DNA of 64,000 nucleotides from Amoebophrya sp. A120 (lineage: Eukaryota; Protista; Dinoflagellata), in contig CAJINV010000003.1 of assembly GCA_905178155.1 (NCBI GenBank), positions 11,883,105 through 11,947,104 on the forward strand. Direction: 5' to 3'. A program made the translations under genes and the position numbers. The notes under the pieces are model-generated. The model did no database searches, was not told the DNA's origin, and saw nothing but the letters and a program-made list of their open reading frames with translations. Below, piece by piece: positions 36,771 to 51,000 of this stretch (positions are counted from its first letter, which is position 1; each line of letters begins with the position of its first letter).

Positions 36771-39359
36771 ATGGCCGAGGATTTCCACTTCCTCGACGGC
36801 GGAGGTGATGCCTTTGGCGGGCAACCCCCACCAGCAGGACCACAACAACCTCAATTTGGGCAGCAGCAGCACCCGCAACAACCCGGGGACCAACCGCAAC
36901 CAACCCCGTTTGGGCAGCAACCCGTCCTCGCACCTGGCCCTTCTCCTTTCGGGAATACTCCACAGCAGCAACCACCTCCCGCTCCAACGCCGTTCGGGCA
37001 GCAGCCGAATAATACCGGTTTTGGGTCATCGCAAGCCTCAAACGCATATCAAATGCAAAAGTGTCTGGGTCTGGAACATTCTAAACTTGTAATGCTGTCT
37101 CTGGATTCTGAAAGAATTTGTAGTATTGCATGACCAGCAAGAGGACTCCAGTTTGTGCTACGCGGAGAGGGCGTTTCCCATGCGGTACACGTATCACAAA
37201 GCGCTCTAAAAATCTGTGATGCTACGGCATGCATCACAGACATCATGGGTCATGGAAAATATGTATGACAAATCTAGAAATCCTCCAGACCCGGACACTT
37301 TTGCATTTGATAACGCACCACCCGACTTTTTCGGCGGCGGCGGCAGTGCGGCGCAGGGGGGTAGTGCACCATCCGGGGGACCGAGGTTCTCACCGTTTGG
37401 GGAGGGAGCCGGGACGGCGAACAGTCAGCCGCAGACGCAGCCGTATTTCAAGTAGTTGGGATGAAGGTTTCTTTGTATAAGATCATGCGATATTTAGCAG
37501 TTCTTGCGTGACAAGATGTATGTGCGTACTCAATTACTCCTCACAGCAGTTTTGTTCGCACAACGAAAATTCCAGGTACATAAATCTCCAAATCGACCAA
37601 GAGGATGTGCTCGGTGAACGCGCACCCAGCGGCACTTCTGGTCGAGGGGCACAGAACAGTACTATGGACGCTGCGCTGGATACGAGGATGGGGCTGTTTG
37701 TACTGACAAAAGTTTTTTCTCTGTATCAGACTCGACACTAATTTTTTTGATCATACACTGCTTGTAATACAACTGCTAGCATGACAAATAATCCTACCCT
37801 ATCAGGATTATCAACATTCAGGTCCAAACGGCTACGTCCGGTGGGAGTTTCAAGCAAGTGAAACCCGAGCTGGCCCACAAGTACGGCGTCGATGTCGGAA
37901 GCGCGCGAGGGGTCTCGGTCACGCAAATGAGGAAGGCAGCGGTAAAAGATTTGTTTTTGGTACGACGTTCTGCTGCAATCTCCTGAAGACGGTACGTATA
38001 ATAGTACATGATCGGAATTACTAGGATATGAGTACTAAAGCTCTGGTTGTCCTTGTTCACCAATGCCCCAACAGCAGCGCATTTATTTCATGAGTAGAAA
38101 GTTTTTTCATACATAAACAATCAAAACAGGCCGGCCCTGGCTCCTTCAGTTCCACGCTGGATGGGCACAAGCAAGAGGGCGACCGCGCTATCATGGATAC
38201 CATGAGTACCCGAGCGTCGGCCGCGACGTTGAAGGCCGTCACGCTCGATTTTGAGGTGCAAGGGCTGAAACTGCAACACACCAACGACCGGGACATCTTC
38301 GACTTGGTTGTGCAAGCAGAGACAACGCAAGAGTACACAGACCAGGTCTTCTTCGGGTTTCAGGGGATGTTGTGCGCCGCGGCCTTGGTGGTGTTGTATG
38401 TGCTTTTCGGTTACTGGTCGAATCCGACCGACTGTCTGTCTCTGCTGAAGCTCTTCGAACCTGGGCTGTCCAGAATAACCTTCGCGCTCGCACAGGTATT
38501 AAAGATTTCTGTTTATTTTGAGACAGTGTCGTGTTTGTGGACATGCGTAAGTGACGAGAGAGAACAAGTCCTAAAACAACACTAACGGCTGATCAAATGA
38601 GTTGCCAAGAATGAATCCCCATGATGGTCATCTCTTCAGATCGCCTCCGTCGGCGCACTCCTGCGGCTGGTGAAGTGCTACGAACACTTGCGCGCCTTCG
38701 AGGTTTTCGAGAACAATTTCACCCAGCTCCGTGACCAGGCGATGGAGCCGATCGAAAACAACAGCTCGTCAACCGCTACCACGACCCAACTCGCAGCGCT
38801 GAATGCTAGTACCACCGCACATCAAGGGAAATCCGCCACGACCCTGTTCAACAACTATGCGAATCTCCAGCTTTTGTCCGAGAACCGCGTCCCGGTCGTG
38901 AAGCAGGCGGGCGTGTGCGTCGCACAGGCGGCAGCGAACATCGCGGTGGTGTGTTTGTGCATGATCACCAGTTACAACGACATGCGGATCAAAAACGGGT
39001 ACAACCAGGACTTTGGGACTTGTCCAACCGCCAATAAACCGCTGACGGGCACGACCACGTTCTCCACCGGAACGTTCACGACGGGGGGAAGCACCTACAA
39101 CCTCGCCACCCAGGGCTACACCGTCACGCTGGCGAACGCAGACGCCGCCGCGCCGGCGTGCGCGTGTACCTGCGCGGACTGCTGCTGGAAGACGCCGAAC
39201 TATTTGGCAGAATTTGAAAGCAGCGGGTTCGACTCCTGGCGCGTGCAAACGATGGTGAAGGCGATTTTCGCGCTGGTCGCGTTTGCATTGGCGGTCAAGG
39301 AGCGGTCGACCACTTTCTACTACTGCACGCTGCCGGTCATACATCCACGTGGAATTTGA
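36771..39359 (+). CDS. Hypothetical multi-pass membrane protein with a Pro/Gln/FG-rich N-terminus and a Cys/Thr-rich loop
   Basis: ATG 36771; TIR intron at 37047; non-standard intron at about 37444-37821; GT-AG introns 37942-38129 and 38496-38639; about 4 hydrophobic segments. Confidence 0.62.
37047..37312. mobile_element. TIR introner, family A, opposite orientation to the 14837 and 62652 copies
   Basis: tatcaaatgcaaaagtgtctgggtctggaa / tccagacccggacacttttgcatttgata; perfect repeat acgca; frame restored. Confidence 0.93.
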
Positions 39360-41365
39360 GCGGAGGGAATGGGTGTTTTTTGTGGTTGAAGGTTGGAAGC
39401 TGTGGTGAGATGAAGTCCGCCTTAAAATTGCCGCGAGCAGGCTGAGATGAATCCATCGCGTGTAGTGATCATCGGGAAGCACTCGCACTGGCGTTGCAGT
39501 ACTGCAAAAGTATGATCATACTCAGGACAGGCGAATTTTGCGGACTGCCTGTTTGCACATGCGCAATGTTTTTCGTGGTTGCGATGCGCCATCTTCGCAG
39601 TGTGTTCTTGTTGACTGGGAGCTACATGGAAGAGCCCGCAAAACCGGGAGCAGGGTGATGCATATAAGAAGCAGGGCACTTGTCTCCACCGCGTAAGTAA
39701 AAGCGACGCCCGGCGGCCTGTGGTCCTCCAAGCCGTTGGCCATGGAAGCCGTGCGAAGGCCTGCCAGGGTGACGCCGCCGGGGCCCACAGTATGCAGATC
39801 AGGGGGGAGCTCGGGCGGAGGTTCGAACGGTCTGGGCCCTGATCTCCAGAGAAGTGCCCGGGCGACTTGGGGCGGCATGTGGTTCAACCACAGACAGCAA
39901 GCAGCGGCGCCCTGCTGACCGAGGGGCGGCGGCTCGAGTCCACCAGCCCCGGGCGAGGTGGGTGCGTGCCCGGGCGGAACGTTTTGCAGAAAAGACGCAG
40001 GGCCGGGCGAAGCGGAAAGTAGGAACGTTCTCGACTGCAAACTCAACCAGCTCCACCTCAGCGATTTTATTTTTTGCGAGTTTCTCTGCTACGAGCAGAG
40101 ACCCCCAGTGATGTCCTTCGCTCGCTTCTGTGGCGCGGGCAGCCTACGCATACGCCGCCCGCCGCCGAGAGTGCGACGAGAGTGAGCGCGCCTACGCCGG
40201 GAAGGCTAGCGGTATGCGAGCGGGCGCCGTTTGGGTCTACTGGCGAGCGGGGCGCCACTTGTGGCCTGCGGGCCGGAGTGCTTGGTTGCAAAAATTGGCG
40301 GACGCGCGAACGGCTCTGCCGCGCTTGCCGGACACGGCCGCCGCCCACAGAGGCCGAAGGCGGAGGCGGGCGCCGCGGCCGCCTATCGGGCAAGCCGGTC
40401 GACTGGGGCGCGCCGGGCCCCAGTATCCGGCGCTACATGGAACAGGGAGACGGCGCGGAGCGTGACAAGAACGGCGACGGCCGTCGCCGCCATCGGAGAA
40501 GACGCCGCAGCAGCCGCCCAGTTCTCGGCGCCGTACTGGGCTGAAGTTTGCAAGCCGGGCGCAGTCGGCAGCGCGCGCCCCCGCGAAAAGCCACCAGGGC
40601 CGCACATAGGCGGGCCCAAGTGGCCCCGCGGCGGGCGCTCTTTACCGCTGGGCCGCCCGCAAGCGGTTGGGCCCCGGGGGCGGGAGGCGGCAAGCGGGCG
40701 CGCGCCCTCCCTCGGCGGCCGCTTTTCGCGGGAAACCTCAGCCGGCGTGCCTTCATGCGGCGCCACCGGCGCGCGGGCTGGCGAAAGGAGGCGGGGGCGG
40801 GCCCCCGCGGGCGCTCTGTTCTTGCACGTGCGGGCGCGGCGCCAGCCTGCTTTGCATTTGTAAGCAAGGCGCGCGCCGCCGTGCCCCAACTTGTCGCGCC
40901 AGGATGGCAGGGCTGCTCACGTCCGGGGCTGCCGTGTCTGTGTGGCTAAGCATTGCTTCGCAATGATTCTCGCTATGCTATTGCAGCGTCGCGCCCCCTT
41001 TGTGTCCCTTGACTCTGCCTGCAGCGAAATTGTTACCGAGTGCCGCACATTGGAGAAGGAAGCGTTAATGTTCTACCCCTAGGAAAGTGAGGGGCCGTTA
41101 GAAACTGGCGCGAGCGATTTCCGAGCGGATAGGCGTCGGTGTCAGAACTCGAAGGATTTTGAGGAGTAGGTGGAGAGCGTGGAAACCCGCTAAAGTAGTG
41201 GTCTGCTCGTGCTGGTGGACTTCTCAAACCCCCCCTCATGATGTCAGTGGAGAGCATAGGGCGCCCTGGCCTGTTTGCCCGCCCAGCGAATTCTCCAAGT
41301 AACTGAGGTGTGTGTTCTCGCGTCGTGCGATTCCCTGCGATTGGTCGTTACTGAAGCAAGAAAAC

Positions 41366-44300
41366 ATGGCAGGCGATCCCAGCAGTACCATGTCGGCTAT
41401 GGAGCTGAAGCTCCTAGAGGAGCGCAAAGCGCTGCAGGAAGCCCTCGAGGCGGAGCGCCGGCGGACCGCGGAGGCACACTTAGAAATGGAGCGCCGAGTT
41501 CTCGAGGAGCGTCGCCTGCGACTGGAAGCGGCCGAGCGAGAGACGGCCGAAAAGCGAGAGACAGCCGAAAAGAGAGAGGCTGCCGCCGCCAGGATGGAGC
41601 GCGAGTGCGCCGCACGATGCGTGGCAATCGAAGCCGCTGAGCGGGAGGCCACGTCACTGCGCGAAGCTGCGGAGCGCGAAGCGACCGAGCTCCGGGAGGC
41701 CGCGCAACGGGATGTCGCGGCGATGCGGGTAGCGGCGGACGCGCAAATCGATAGTTCGGCGTCCACGTACGCCACCGGGTCACTTACGGGAACAGGAGAG
41801 ACTGAACAGAGCTTGTTTTCACTTGAACACGATCTCGCAGGATTGTACCCGGACTTTTATGATCCTGCGTCCTGGCCACCGGTACTTTTTGGTCTACCTT
41901 AAGCACGTTAAAATGCGATGTGATAGACCGCACTACGTCGGTTTGCAACGCGAACAGGACTCTAGCTCAGTCGGAACTTTGCCGGTCATGCCGACGTTAA
42001 TCAGAATTGAACTTTCAAAATCTAAACAATTCTACCGTCTAGGCCGACCATTCCAGCGCCTTCGACATGCCGTATCCGCCGGGCGACCCAACCTGGTTTA
42101 ACGAAAAGGGCACTGGCTCGCAGCCTTCCTGGCCGGGTACTACAACTAGCGGCTACAGCAATCAATACAATCAGTTGGACGGGTCAACAACAGCATCAAG
42201 TTACGGAGGACCACAGGGAGGCGCAGGCGACTGGCGCAATCGCCAGGCGGACCAGTACGGAAAAGGCGGGCCGTCCGCGGGTTCGTGGGGACCACCACCG
42301 CCGCAGCATAAGGGTAGTGGTGGCCGTGGGAAGTGGGGCGGCGCACCTCCCGCGGGTCCTCCGGGATACAATGGCGCGCAACACTACAACGTGTACAATT
42401 GTGCTGGCGGTGGGTCATCGTCTGCTTCTTCCACTACCTACACAGACGACACTGCTTCCTGGGCAGGGGGGCCACCGTCTTCCTACAATGGCTGGTCGGG
42501 TGAGGAATCTCACGGATACGGTGCGCCAGCAGCCGGAAATAACAGCAGCGCCTATGCCTACGGTGGTGGCAACGATTCCGGAGGTAATAGTGGTGATCAT
42601 TACAATAATCCCGGCTACAGCCAGCAAAACCGTCCATCTTACAACAGCACTGCCCCGCCAGACGACGTCAGCAGCACGGCCGCCGCGTCCGTCGGACTGT
42701 GGTCCGACGTTGGAACCGCGGGCCCAGGACCAGCTGCGGTCGCGTCGGTGAGCGCGGCCAGCGTGACTGTGATTGGCGAAAAGATGACGGGAAGTGACGG
42801 CACACGACACGAGCTGGCACTCGCGGAGACGAGTCCACGGGGGCCAGACGCCGTGGTTGACAACGTCGCTGGCTCTTTTGCTCCTCCAATTATCCCGTCC
42901 TGCGGCGATGGAATTGCTGGGACTAGTGCCGAACAAGGTGTTTTTTCGAATGTCAAACCCGCAGCGTTTCTGCAACCTGTCGTCCCCACGGTCGAGCGAA
43001 AGGAAGCGTCTGAGGTCACTGTCGGCCACCCCGTCGAGATCAAGCCGCGCGCTCCCGCCGCTGCCCCGGAAGCTCCCCCTGGGTTGGTGAAAACCGAGTC
43101 AGGTTGTAGCGGCAATAATAATGCTGGCGCGACGTCGACTCACGACGCCAGCAGTGCGACGTCGACGGGAGTTGGTCCGACAAGCGGTAGCAATAGCGCG
43201 CATGCGCCTAGTACTCGTCCCGATCCCGCCCAACACGCGACGACCAACTCTGGTCCGCACATAGTACACAACTCGGCCTTTCAACAGTGCGGTCCTGCGC
43301 ACCACCAAATGCCCGATTACAACACCTGGAGCAGCCACCAGCATCCGCAAAATTACGCAGGTTCATCTGGCCCTGCACCTGGCCCGTCGCCCCATCACTA
43401 CGGAAGCTCTTCCTACTATCCCGGCTGCAACTACCAACAAAACACGGCAATGAATAATTCATCGGTTGGGTACGGCAATCGGTGGTGGGGGCCTCCTAGG
43501 AACGGAAATTACAGCGACTGGGGGCTTCAAAATGAGTACGGGGGTCAACATCCGTGGCACCAAAAAGGAGGGCAAAAAGGAGGCAAGTATAATGCGAACC
43601 AAAGTTATTGCAACAGCGGCCAGATTTTTCATATGACCGGTAAAAACAATTCTACTGCTTCCGCCCATTGTCCCCAGATGAACCTAAGTGCGACCGGCGC
43701 CGCAAGCAGCCAGGATCCTAATGGTAGCTGGCAGCAAAACCAGCAGCGCGTGTGGTGGCACAAAAACAAGCGGAATGTGCAGAGCTGGAAGGTGAAGCCG
43801 TATCTGTGGGACGAAGCGTTGCAAGATGTCCCCCTGGATGCGAACATTCCGGAACACGCCCGCAAGCAGATCGCGGCGCTGAACCAGACGAGTCGCGACA
43901 TCATTTCAAACACGGTCAGTACCTCCAAGAAGAAAAAGGCCGTTCACAAGGCGGAGCTGGCCAAACAGCGTAAAATCGAGAACCCTCTGATGGGAGAGGC
44001 GCTGGCGCGGGTACAGCAGAAGACGATCGAGGTAGAGGAATACCACGCGGGAAAGCGCGATATTGTGACGCTCGGGGAATACGTTGTGATCGCGCGAACC
44101 CCGGAAGAAGAACTGAGGAAGATGTTTGGCGTTCGCAATCTGGACATCTTGCGGCCGCGCCGAAGGCGGCACTACAAGTTTGCGGTGGTTTACGACTTGC
44201 AGATTCAAGATGAGTTGGAGGATTTCACGATGAAATATCCACCGATGAAAGGAGCCATCTTTTTCCAATTTGTCTCATGCAAAATGGAGGCACGATGCAG

Positions 44301-45718
44301 ATGCATGCACAGCCCCCCGTCTTTGGAATGCAAAATTTGATGAGGATGGTTCGTTTTTCAGTGTATATGAAACAGCGGCTCGGCGGCAATGATGGGGAGA
44401 ATTTGCGGAACATTGCGAGAATGAGTCGGGACGTGGTGCTCCATCTGAACATTTACGGCAGCCGGGAGGATCCGCTTTTGATAGTATTGGTTTTCTTGTT
44501 TCTTAAGTTTATTGATCGCGATGTCGATGGTGTGCACTTATCAGTAAAGAATTTTTGCTTGTTTTGTCCTGCACTTCTATTTTGATTTTTTTTCTTCCAA
44601 TCTTTTTTTTCCCTAAACAACTACAAGCATCTCGAGACGAGTCACCAGGAAGCTTACGAATACGGGATGAAGGCCATCGAGTTTGTGCTCCGCAAGGTCT
44701 ACCTACAAATGGACGCTTGGGCGGTGGATAAGGATCACGTGACGACCAACCTCGGTCTATCCTGAGTAAAAACGTACCAACACCAGAGTTGTAATGCAGA
44801 TTTGCAAAGACAGGAAGACTTGTAATGCGCATCCCCATGAGAGCCATTTCCAATCGTGTTTTGGAATTTGTGATGCTGTGAACAGGATGAGGAGGTGGAT
44901 TTGTTATGCGGCTTCCCTTGCTAAACTGCACTACAATACAGCCTGCAACTTGTCGTGCGTGACTCCCAAAACTCCTAGGTTTGTGTTGCAAAATCCTCAT
45001 CCTGACTCTGGTGTGGCTACGTTTTTATTCAGGATACGGTCTTCGCGTGCGCAAAGTGGAAAAAAACCAGGATTACGTCCCACTTTTGAACGCTCCGTTT
45101 CCTCGCCTCCGCGGGGTCGACTTAAAACAGCACGGCATCGTGGACTCCAACCCTTTCATCAAAGCGCGGGGCACCGAGGAGGACGAGGAGGGTGAGCAAG
45201 GAGTTCATCTCGGAACGAAGAGTACTATGTTGAACACTGCTCCTTCAAGTTGTTCTTCTCCGGAAGAAGCCGAGGCTTTAACAAGCAGTAGCAAAGTATT
45301 TGCTTTCAAACCCTCCGACCCGCTGGCCATGTTCAGTTCCCAGTTTGGCGGGAAACAGAAGCTGTTGAAAAAGCCGCGGAAAATAAAGGCTCCAGGTGGG
45401 GCCGCTATAACGAAGGCGAGCAAGAAAACGTTGCTGCCGGCAGTCCTTGAGGGGAAGGAGGAAAATGAAAACGAGCCGGACGTTGAAGACGCACGCGGCG
45501 CCGAGGGTGAAAACTACGTTGCTGGAAGCACTTGCGCCGGCCCCGCAGCCTGTCGCAGCGCCGTCCACGAAGGGGACGCGGGTCGTGCGACTTCGCCGTT
45601 GGCATCAAAGACCTTGAATAGTTTGAACTTGAGCAAGGCGAAGACTGATCTTGCCGGGGCGAAAGCTGACGAATGTATATGGGAAGTCAGTGCCAATTTT
45701 GATCCCATTAATTACTGA
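41366..45718 (+). CDS. Coiled-coil, low-complexity and divergent KH-domain RNA-binding protein; mixed GT-AG and TIR introns
   Basis: GT-AG 41882-42042, TIR 44236, GT-AG 44484-44627 and TIR 44758 join the ORFs in frame; KH-like KFAVVYDLQIQDELEDFTMKQRLGGNDGENLRNIA..HLNIYGSREDPLLIHLETSHQEAYEYGMKAIEFVLRKVY. Confidence 0.72.
44236..44367. mobile_element. Short TIR introner, family F (132 bp)
   Basis: tatccaccgatgaaaggagccatc / gatggttcgtttttcagtgtata; perfect repeat tgaaa; frame restored within the KH domain. Confidence 0.8.
44758..45036. mobile_element. TIR introner, family C
   Basis: tatcctgagtaaaaacgtaccaacaccagagt / actctggtgtggctacgtttttattcaggata; perfect repeat cggtc; frame restored. Confidence 0.92.
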
Positions 45719-48043
45719 GTAAACCAATGATCGGGTCTTCGCACGGATGCTGAAATGCTCTGAGGGCGATATTCGACCGGATGAATCAGAATCAGATATA
45801 CAACTTGCAAAAGAAGTACGTAGTTCCGGAAGATATAATGATCAGTTGATGTGTTGTATCTACACGAACGAAAATACCACAGGTGCGAGCGTGAAGCACA
45901 TCCGGGCGCTTGACATAGCACCGGCAGAGCAGGCGGCCGGGTGAAATTCAAAGATGCACCATTTCACTTATGCTATTGATTCTCCTGCTCGGTCAATTTT
46001 TTGTGTATTTCTTCGGACGACTGTGGTTACGAGTTTGTACGACACGACAAGAGCCTGAGCCATGATCTCAACCCTCTTGCAGCCTACATCACCTGCATTC
46101 CACTTTGATGCACGATCTCATACTACTGTGTACTGTACGCATATTTAGGGTTTAGAGTAGAACATAAAAGTGAAGCTTTTACGCTCTCATGTTTCTGCGG
46201 TTTAGGGTTATATATTCCATGACTTTTTTTTAGTGGATACCATTACCATTCAGACGACCGCGAAGAAGTTCTATGGTTTGCAGCCGGACTTCGAAGACGA
46301 AGCCCTCCAACACAGAAATTATGAAAAAATCTATGCGCTATTGCTTTCTGTCCGGTATTCTACAACAAGAATGAGCAGGGCGCTAGGACTACTAGGACGG
46401 GGGTACATTAGTATACGAGTCTTCGCTACTATATTTCATGATTATCCACCAAGCTGCCGTGCGGTAGCGTATCGATACTACTGCTTTTTTCTCTCTTCGC
46501 TACTTTTTTCGTTTGGGTTTATGTTGGCCTATTGAAATCGATCCGATCCATCACAAATCTTTCTTCTGGGAAAAGGCAGGCATTATGTTTTCTGCTACGC
46601 ATAATATGAATTTGCACTGCAAAAATGCATTTCTTCAAGGAAAGAAACCATGAATTTCAAAAGTTTCTCAGGCCACAGCGTTGTCGAGCCGCAGGCGCAG
46701 GCTTCTGTGAGTTTCCATTCTTTTTATGAGCGGTTACAATTGCAGGCTTCTTTTGCTCTATTTTTGCCGGCTGCATTAGCACTAGCAATTTCTATTTCTA
46801 TTGAAGAGCTCGGTAGCTCAGAGATGTGTAGAAAGAGGCACCACCAATAGCACTAGGGCCCATCCAAGCGCGTCCTCGGAGTTTCGCGTTTCTCGGGTGT
46901 ATGAATGATTTTTATCGGAACAAGGACGGCAAGAATCGACCCTCAAATGATAAATTTGATGCTGGTGCAGTATTGATTCTATTTCCCTCCTGGTAGCAAG
47001 TGAAAGCAAGCAGTATCTTGCAGGTTGAACGGCTTATCCATATTCCTCGATTCGTAGAATGATTACAGCGCAAACTGTACAGGTGGTGGAAGACGGAATT
47101 ACTACAAAAATTCACATTCGGTATGTGGAAAGACAACGACCCTCGCAGGCGTGAGTAAGCGCTTCGTCGGGATTGTAGACCACAGGCAGAAGACAAGAGC
47201 TGCAGGTACGTATGGCACGGAGGGGATGGATCTGATAGCAAGACCACACAGAATGGAGTCAATTACAATCTTTTTCGAGTGACAACTCGTCCCATATTAG
47301 ATCTGTGAGATGAAAACAATTCGAGTACTAGATCAAGATGCTCATGACTATTGGTGGGGATCTTTGTGTTGCGATTAAACGTGAAAAGGACCGCGTTCTT
47401 GTTACGTGAGGACAAAGATCATAAGATTATAGAAGAGAGCTACCGTCCTAGATCTGACACGTCCGAGCTGTGGCATTTGTGTTTTGAATGAAGAGCACTT
47501 CGATCCCACCACTCTGCAGCTGCACTGCTACAGAGTCGGATCCAGGGGAGCAGTAGCACGGTTGTAAACGCTTTCGCGCATTATAATAGAAGTAATTTGA
47601 TGTCAACAACATGGCAATAGATTGGCATCGCCTATGGTAAGAAGTATAGGGCGTCTCTCAACTGGCGCTATGACGTATGTATTGCATTTGCAGCCTCTAC
47701 CAGTTCAAAGTATTCCCTTCAAAGCCGTTTTGTCACAGGTTCTCGCAAGCAGATCCTCCGTCTATTGGCAGTATCCGTCTATGGCTTTCGATATGAAACA
47801 TCTTTTTCTACTTTTTTCAATTTAAATAATTTCTCGTCCTGATTGATCGACTTGTATCACACAGTACTACGCGTTTTAGTACTCGCTTTCTGCATCTTGC
47901 GTGATACTTCTAGAAATACCTTTACTCTCCATTTATCGAAAACTAAAATCCCAAAGGGAAGTTTGAAAATAAGCACTTCACGGCTAAACCAACTCGACAT
48001 TTCTACCGCGTGCTTGCATTTCTACGAGAGACGCATCTTCAAA

Positions 48044-51000
48044 ATGGTTCATCATCTCTTCGCTCTTTTCGGCGCCTCCTTGGGCCTCGGCTTCTGGAGC
48101 TGGTGCAGCCTGATTTTGTTCTCAACCTTTCCCGTGCATGCGGTCCAATTAAAGAAAGCCACGAACGCCAGCGGCCCGGCGACGGCAGCCTCGGACAGTA
48201 CTCATCTCGATTGCGAAGCTTTTTTTTCGAGTCCCGACGTCACGGAACGTTCAAAATTGTTCTACCTACGCGACAAGGTATTGGCGCACGATGATTTTGA
48301 CCAGATCCAGACGTGCCTCGAGCGCTACAAGGACGACGTCGACGGCGGCGAATTTAAAGTCTGGTGGCCGGACTATGTATCCAGAAGATCATGATAAACT
48401 GTGTATAGTGTCAGTCTGGGATGTTGCACATGAATATCAGCCGACAAAAATGCATAGGCACGACACTTTTCATGCCGGTGGATATGCTCTGTAGGAGCCT
48501 CTCTCTTCTTGCGCGTTTTCGTGGCGTACTTTGCATGACAAGTTTTTTTGTATCATGCGAGGCAGACCATAGTTTCTGACGTTGCTCATCCAGCACAGAA
48601 GTTGCACTAACGCACATTCTTTTATTTTCGCGGATAAAAGTTCGCCACCCTGGATGATCTTTACTATCAGGCGACGGCGATTGTGCAGGTCCTCGTAAAG
48701 CTGCACGCCGAGGAGCCTGGTTGCTGCAACATGCCGCGAAGCGCAGGAACTGGAAGTAGCGGCGGCACAGGAGAATTACAAACGGAGGTGATGGGCCCTC
48801 TTCAACTACAACAAGCCCGGTCGGTACAAAAACAGCGGTGCGAACTGAAGGAGAGAATTTTGGAACGGATCCGCACGATGGAGCGAGGTGGCATATGATC
48901 CAGAAAAAAAACTGGGGTCTAGTCTAGGTTTATGTAGTCAACATCTTCCACAGCAGTTGCACTAGGAGGACTATCACGTATGGCTTGGCATGCCAGACGA
49001 CCTACCGCGAGAGCCTCTCTTCACACTTTAGCCTCCCTGCGAGTCGAGTTTTTTCTGTAATACTATGCGAGACAAACAACAAGGGATCCAAAAAAGCAAC
49101 ACCATAGCTAGTTTTTTTTTCTGGATACGATCTAAACAACGATAAATTTGTCGCGGTGGCGCGCAGGACCGCTCCTACAGAGATAAACGTCATTGTCTGG
49201 AAAGCGCTACGCATTGCAAGAACATCGCTCGATTCGCTGGGTTTAGGCAACTACTATTCATTTTTGAAGCAAGATTTGCAATGCTTAAACGGTAGTAGCA
49301 TCAACGTCATGTGCACCTTGCCGACGATGGTGGTTCATTTTTTGTGATAGTGCTGCCGCGCATGTTTGTCGTGGAAAATAAAGACGATTTTTGCTTTGCA
49401 TGCGCTCCATTGCTTTTCATGCGCACGATAACGCAGAATACAGGAGAGTTATTGGTCATTCTCATACTTCGTTATCGTTGGGAATCACTGCAGAATTGCA
49501 TTCACATGAAGACACACAAGCGTTACAGCTGCATTCCAGATCCAGACAAATCATCGATGTTTTTTGCACAAAACTTTGATAAATGCTGAGTGATTTGCTG
49601 GCGATGCCGGGAGGTTACAGCGTCGATATCGGCACTACCGCCACAATTTTTTCCCGCGGCACCGATTTTGAGCCGCAGAACTGTGTGTTTCGGAGTGCCA
49701 CCGCCCGGCATCCGCCGCTGTGGCTAGAAGTCTGCGTGGCTAGGTTTGTGGCTGCCCCAGTCGCGGCTAGGGCTTTCGCCCTGCACACCGCGCAGCAGGC
49801 CGCCGCGGTGGCGCTGCTAAAGATGATGGGAGAAAACCGTAACGGCCTGAGATATGAGCAACTCGATGCGATCTTCGGCAGTCGTAATCACGAACTGGTG
49901 CTGTTCGCATTGGAGCGTTGGTCGTTGACGATTGATCGCTACCAAGTGTCACGGATTCTGTCCGATACGGGACGAGGGCAGAATTCCCATGCGCTCGAAG
50001 CCGCCCTTTTCAGTCCGACCGGTGGCCACACTGTCGTGGATACGACTCGGATACCGAGGAACAGCATATTGCAGCGGAATACCTGGGAAGGCCTCATTCC
50101 TACTCCACCAGCTGCAACTTCTCTACTACCTCATGGAAGCAGTTCCGACCGACCGCACCAAATGCGGCTGTCCAGGGAGAAAGACCGCACGCTTCTTCTG
50201 CGCTACCTGACCAAGTTTAATAACGCCGGACATGATGGGAACTCCAGCATGCTCAGTTCGATCAACCCGCTTTCCCCCGAAGATTTTACGCTTTTGTTTT
50301 CTCCCGTTGTAATGTTTGCGGCCGAAGGCAGCGAAACAACGACTGAGCAGCAGGAGAATCTGGTCGAGATTGTCGCGCCGTTCCTCCTGGAATTTTTGGA
50401 GAACTGCCACCAGGCCCTGCCGCTTGATTTTTCACGTAGCGTTTGGGAAACCGTACTTACGAGTGGAGACTACAGTCTCGACGGCCGCCCCCAGGGAATG
50501 CTGGCTTCCGTTTGGAGTCAGGGGCTTTTCTCGATGACGACGTCCACTGATGAAGCAGCAACAGAGGCTGGACGAGCAGCAGGTCTTGATAGTGCGACGA
50601 GCAGCACAAGAACCTCTCAAGCAGACATGATCACTGACAACACAGACGCAGCAGTTCTACCTCCACAGAAAGCGGCCGCGAAAGCAAAGGCCCGCGTGAT
50701 TGCGGCCCTCTTGAAGAAAAAGCGCGAGCAGCTGCATAGCGATACGGCGCGTTTTTTGCTGCCAAGAATATGTTTTGAGGATGATTATGACCACGTGCTG
50801 CAGCAGATACAGAGAACGTCGACCGATGTGCCGAGAATTCAAGAAGAAAAGTTTCTTCGGCGTGCCGTCCTACGCGGTCTGTTAATGCAGCGGGGCCCCT
50901 GGTCGCTGAACACAGAAATTTCCGAACAGATTTGGGCCCTCGCGGGAAGAACGCCTGGAACGGTGCAGAGCGACCTGGCTTTGGCCTTGTTGCAGGTGTT

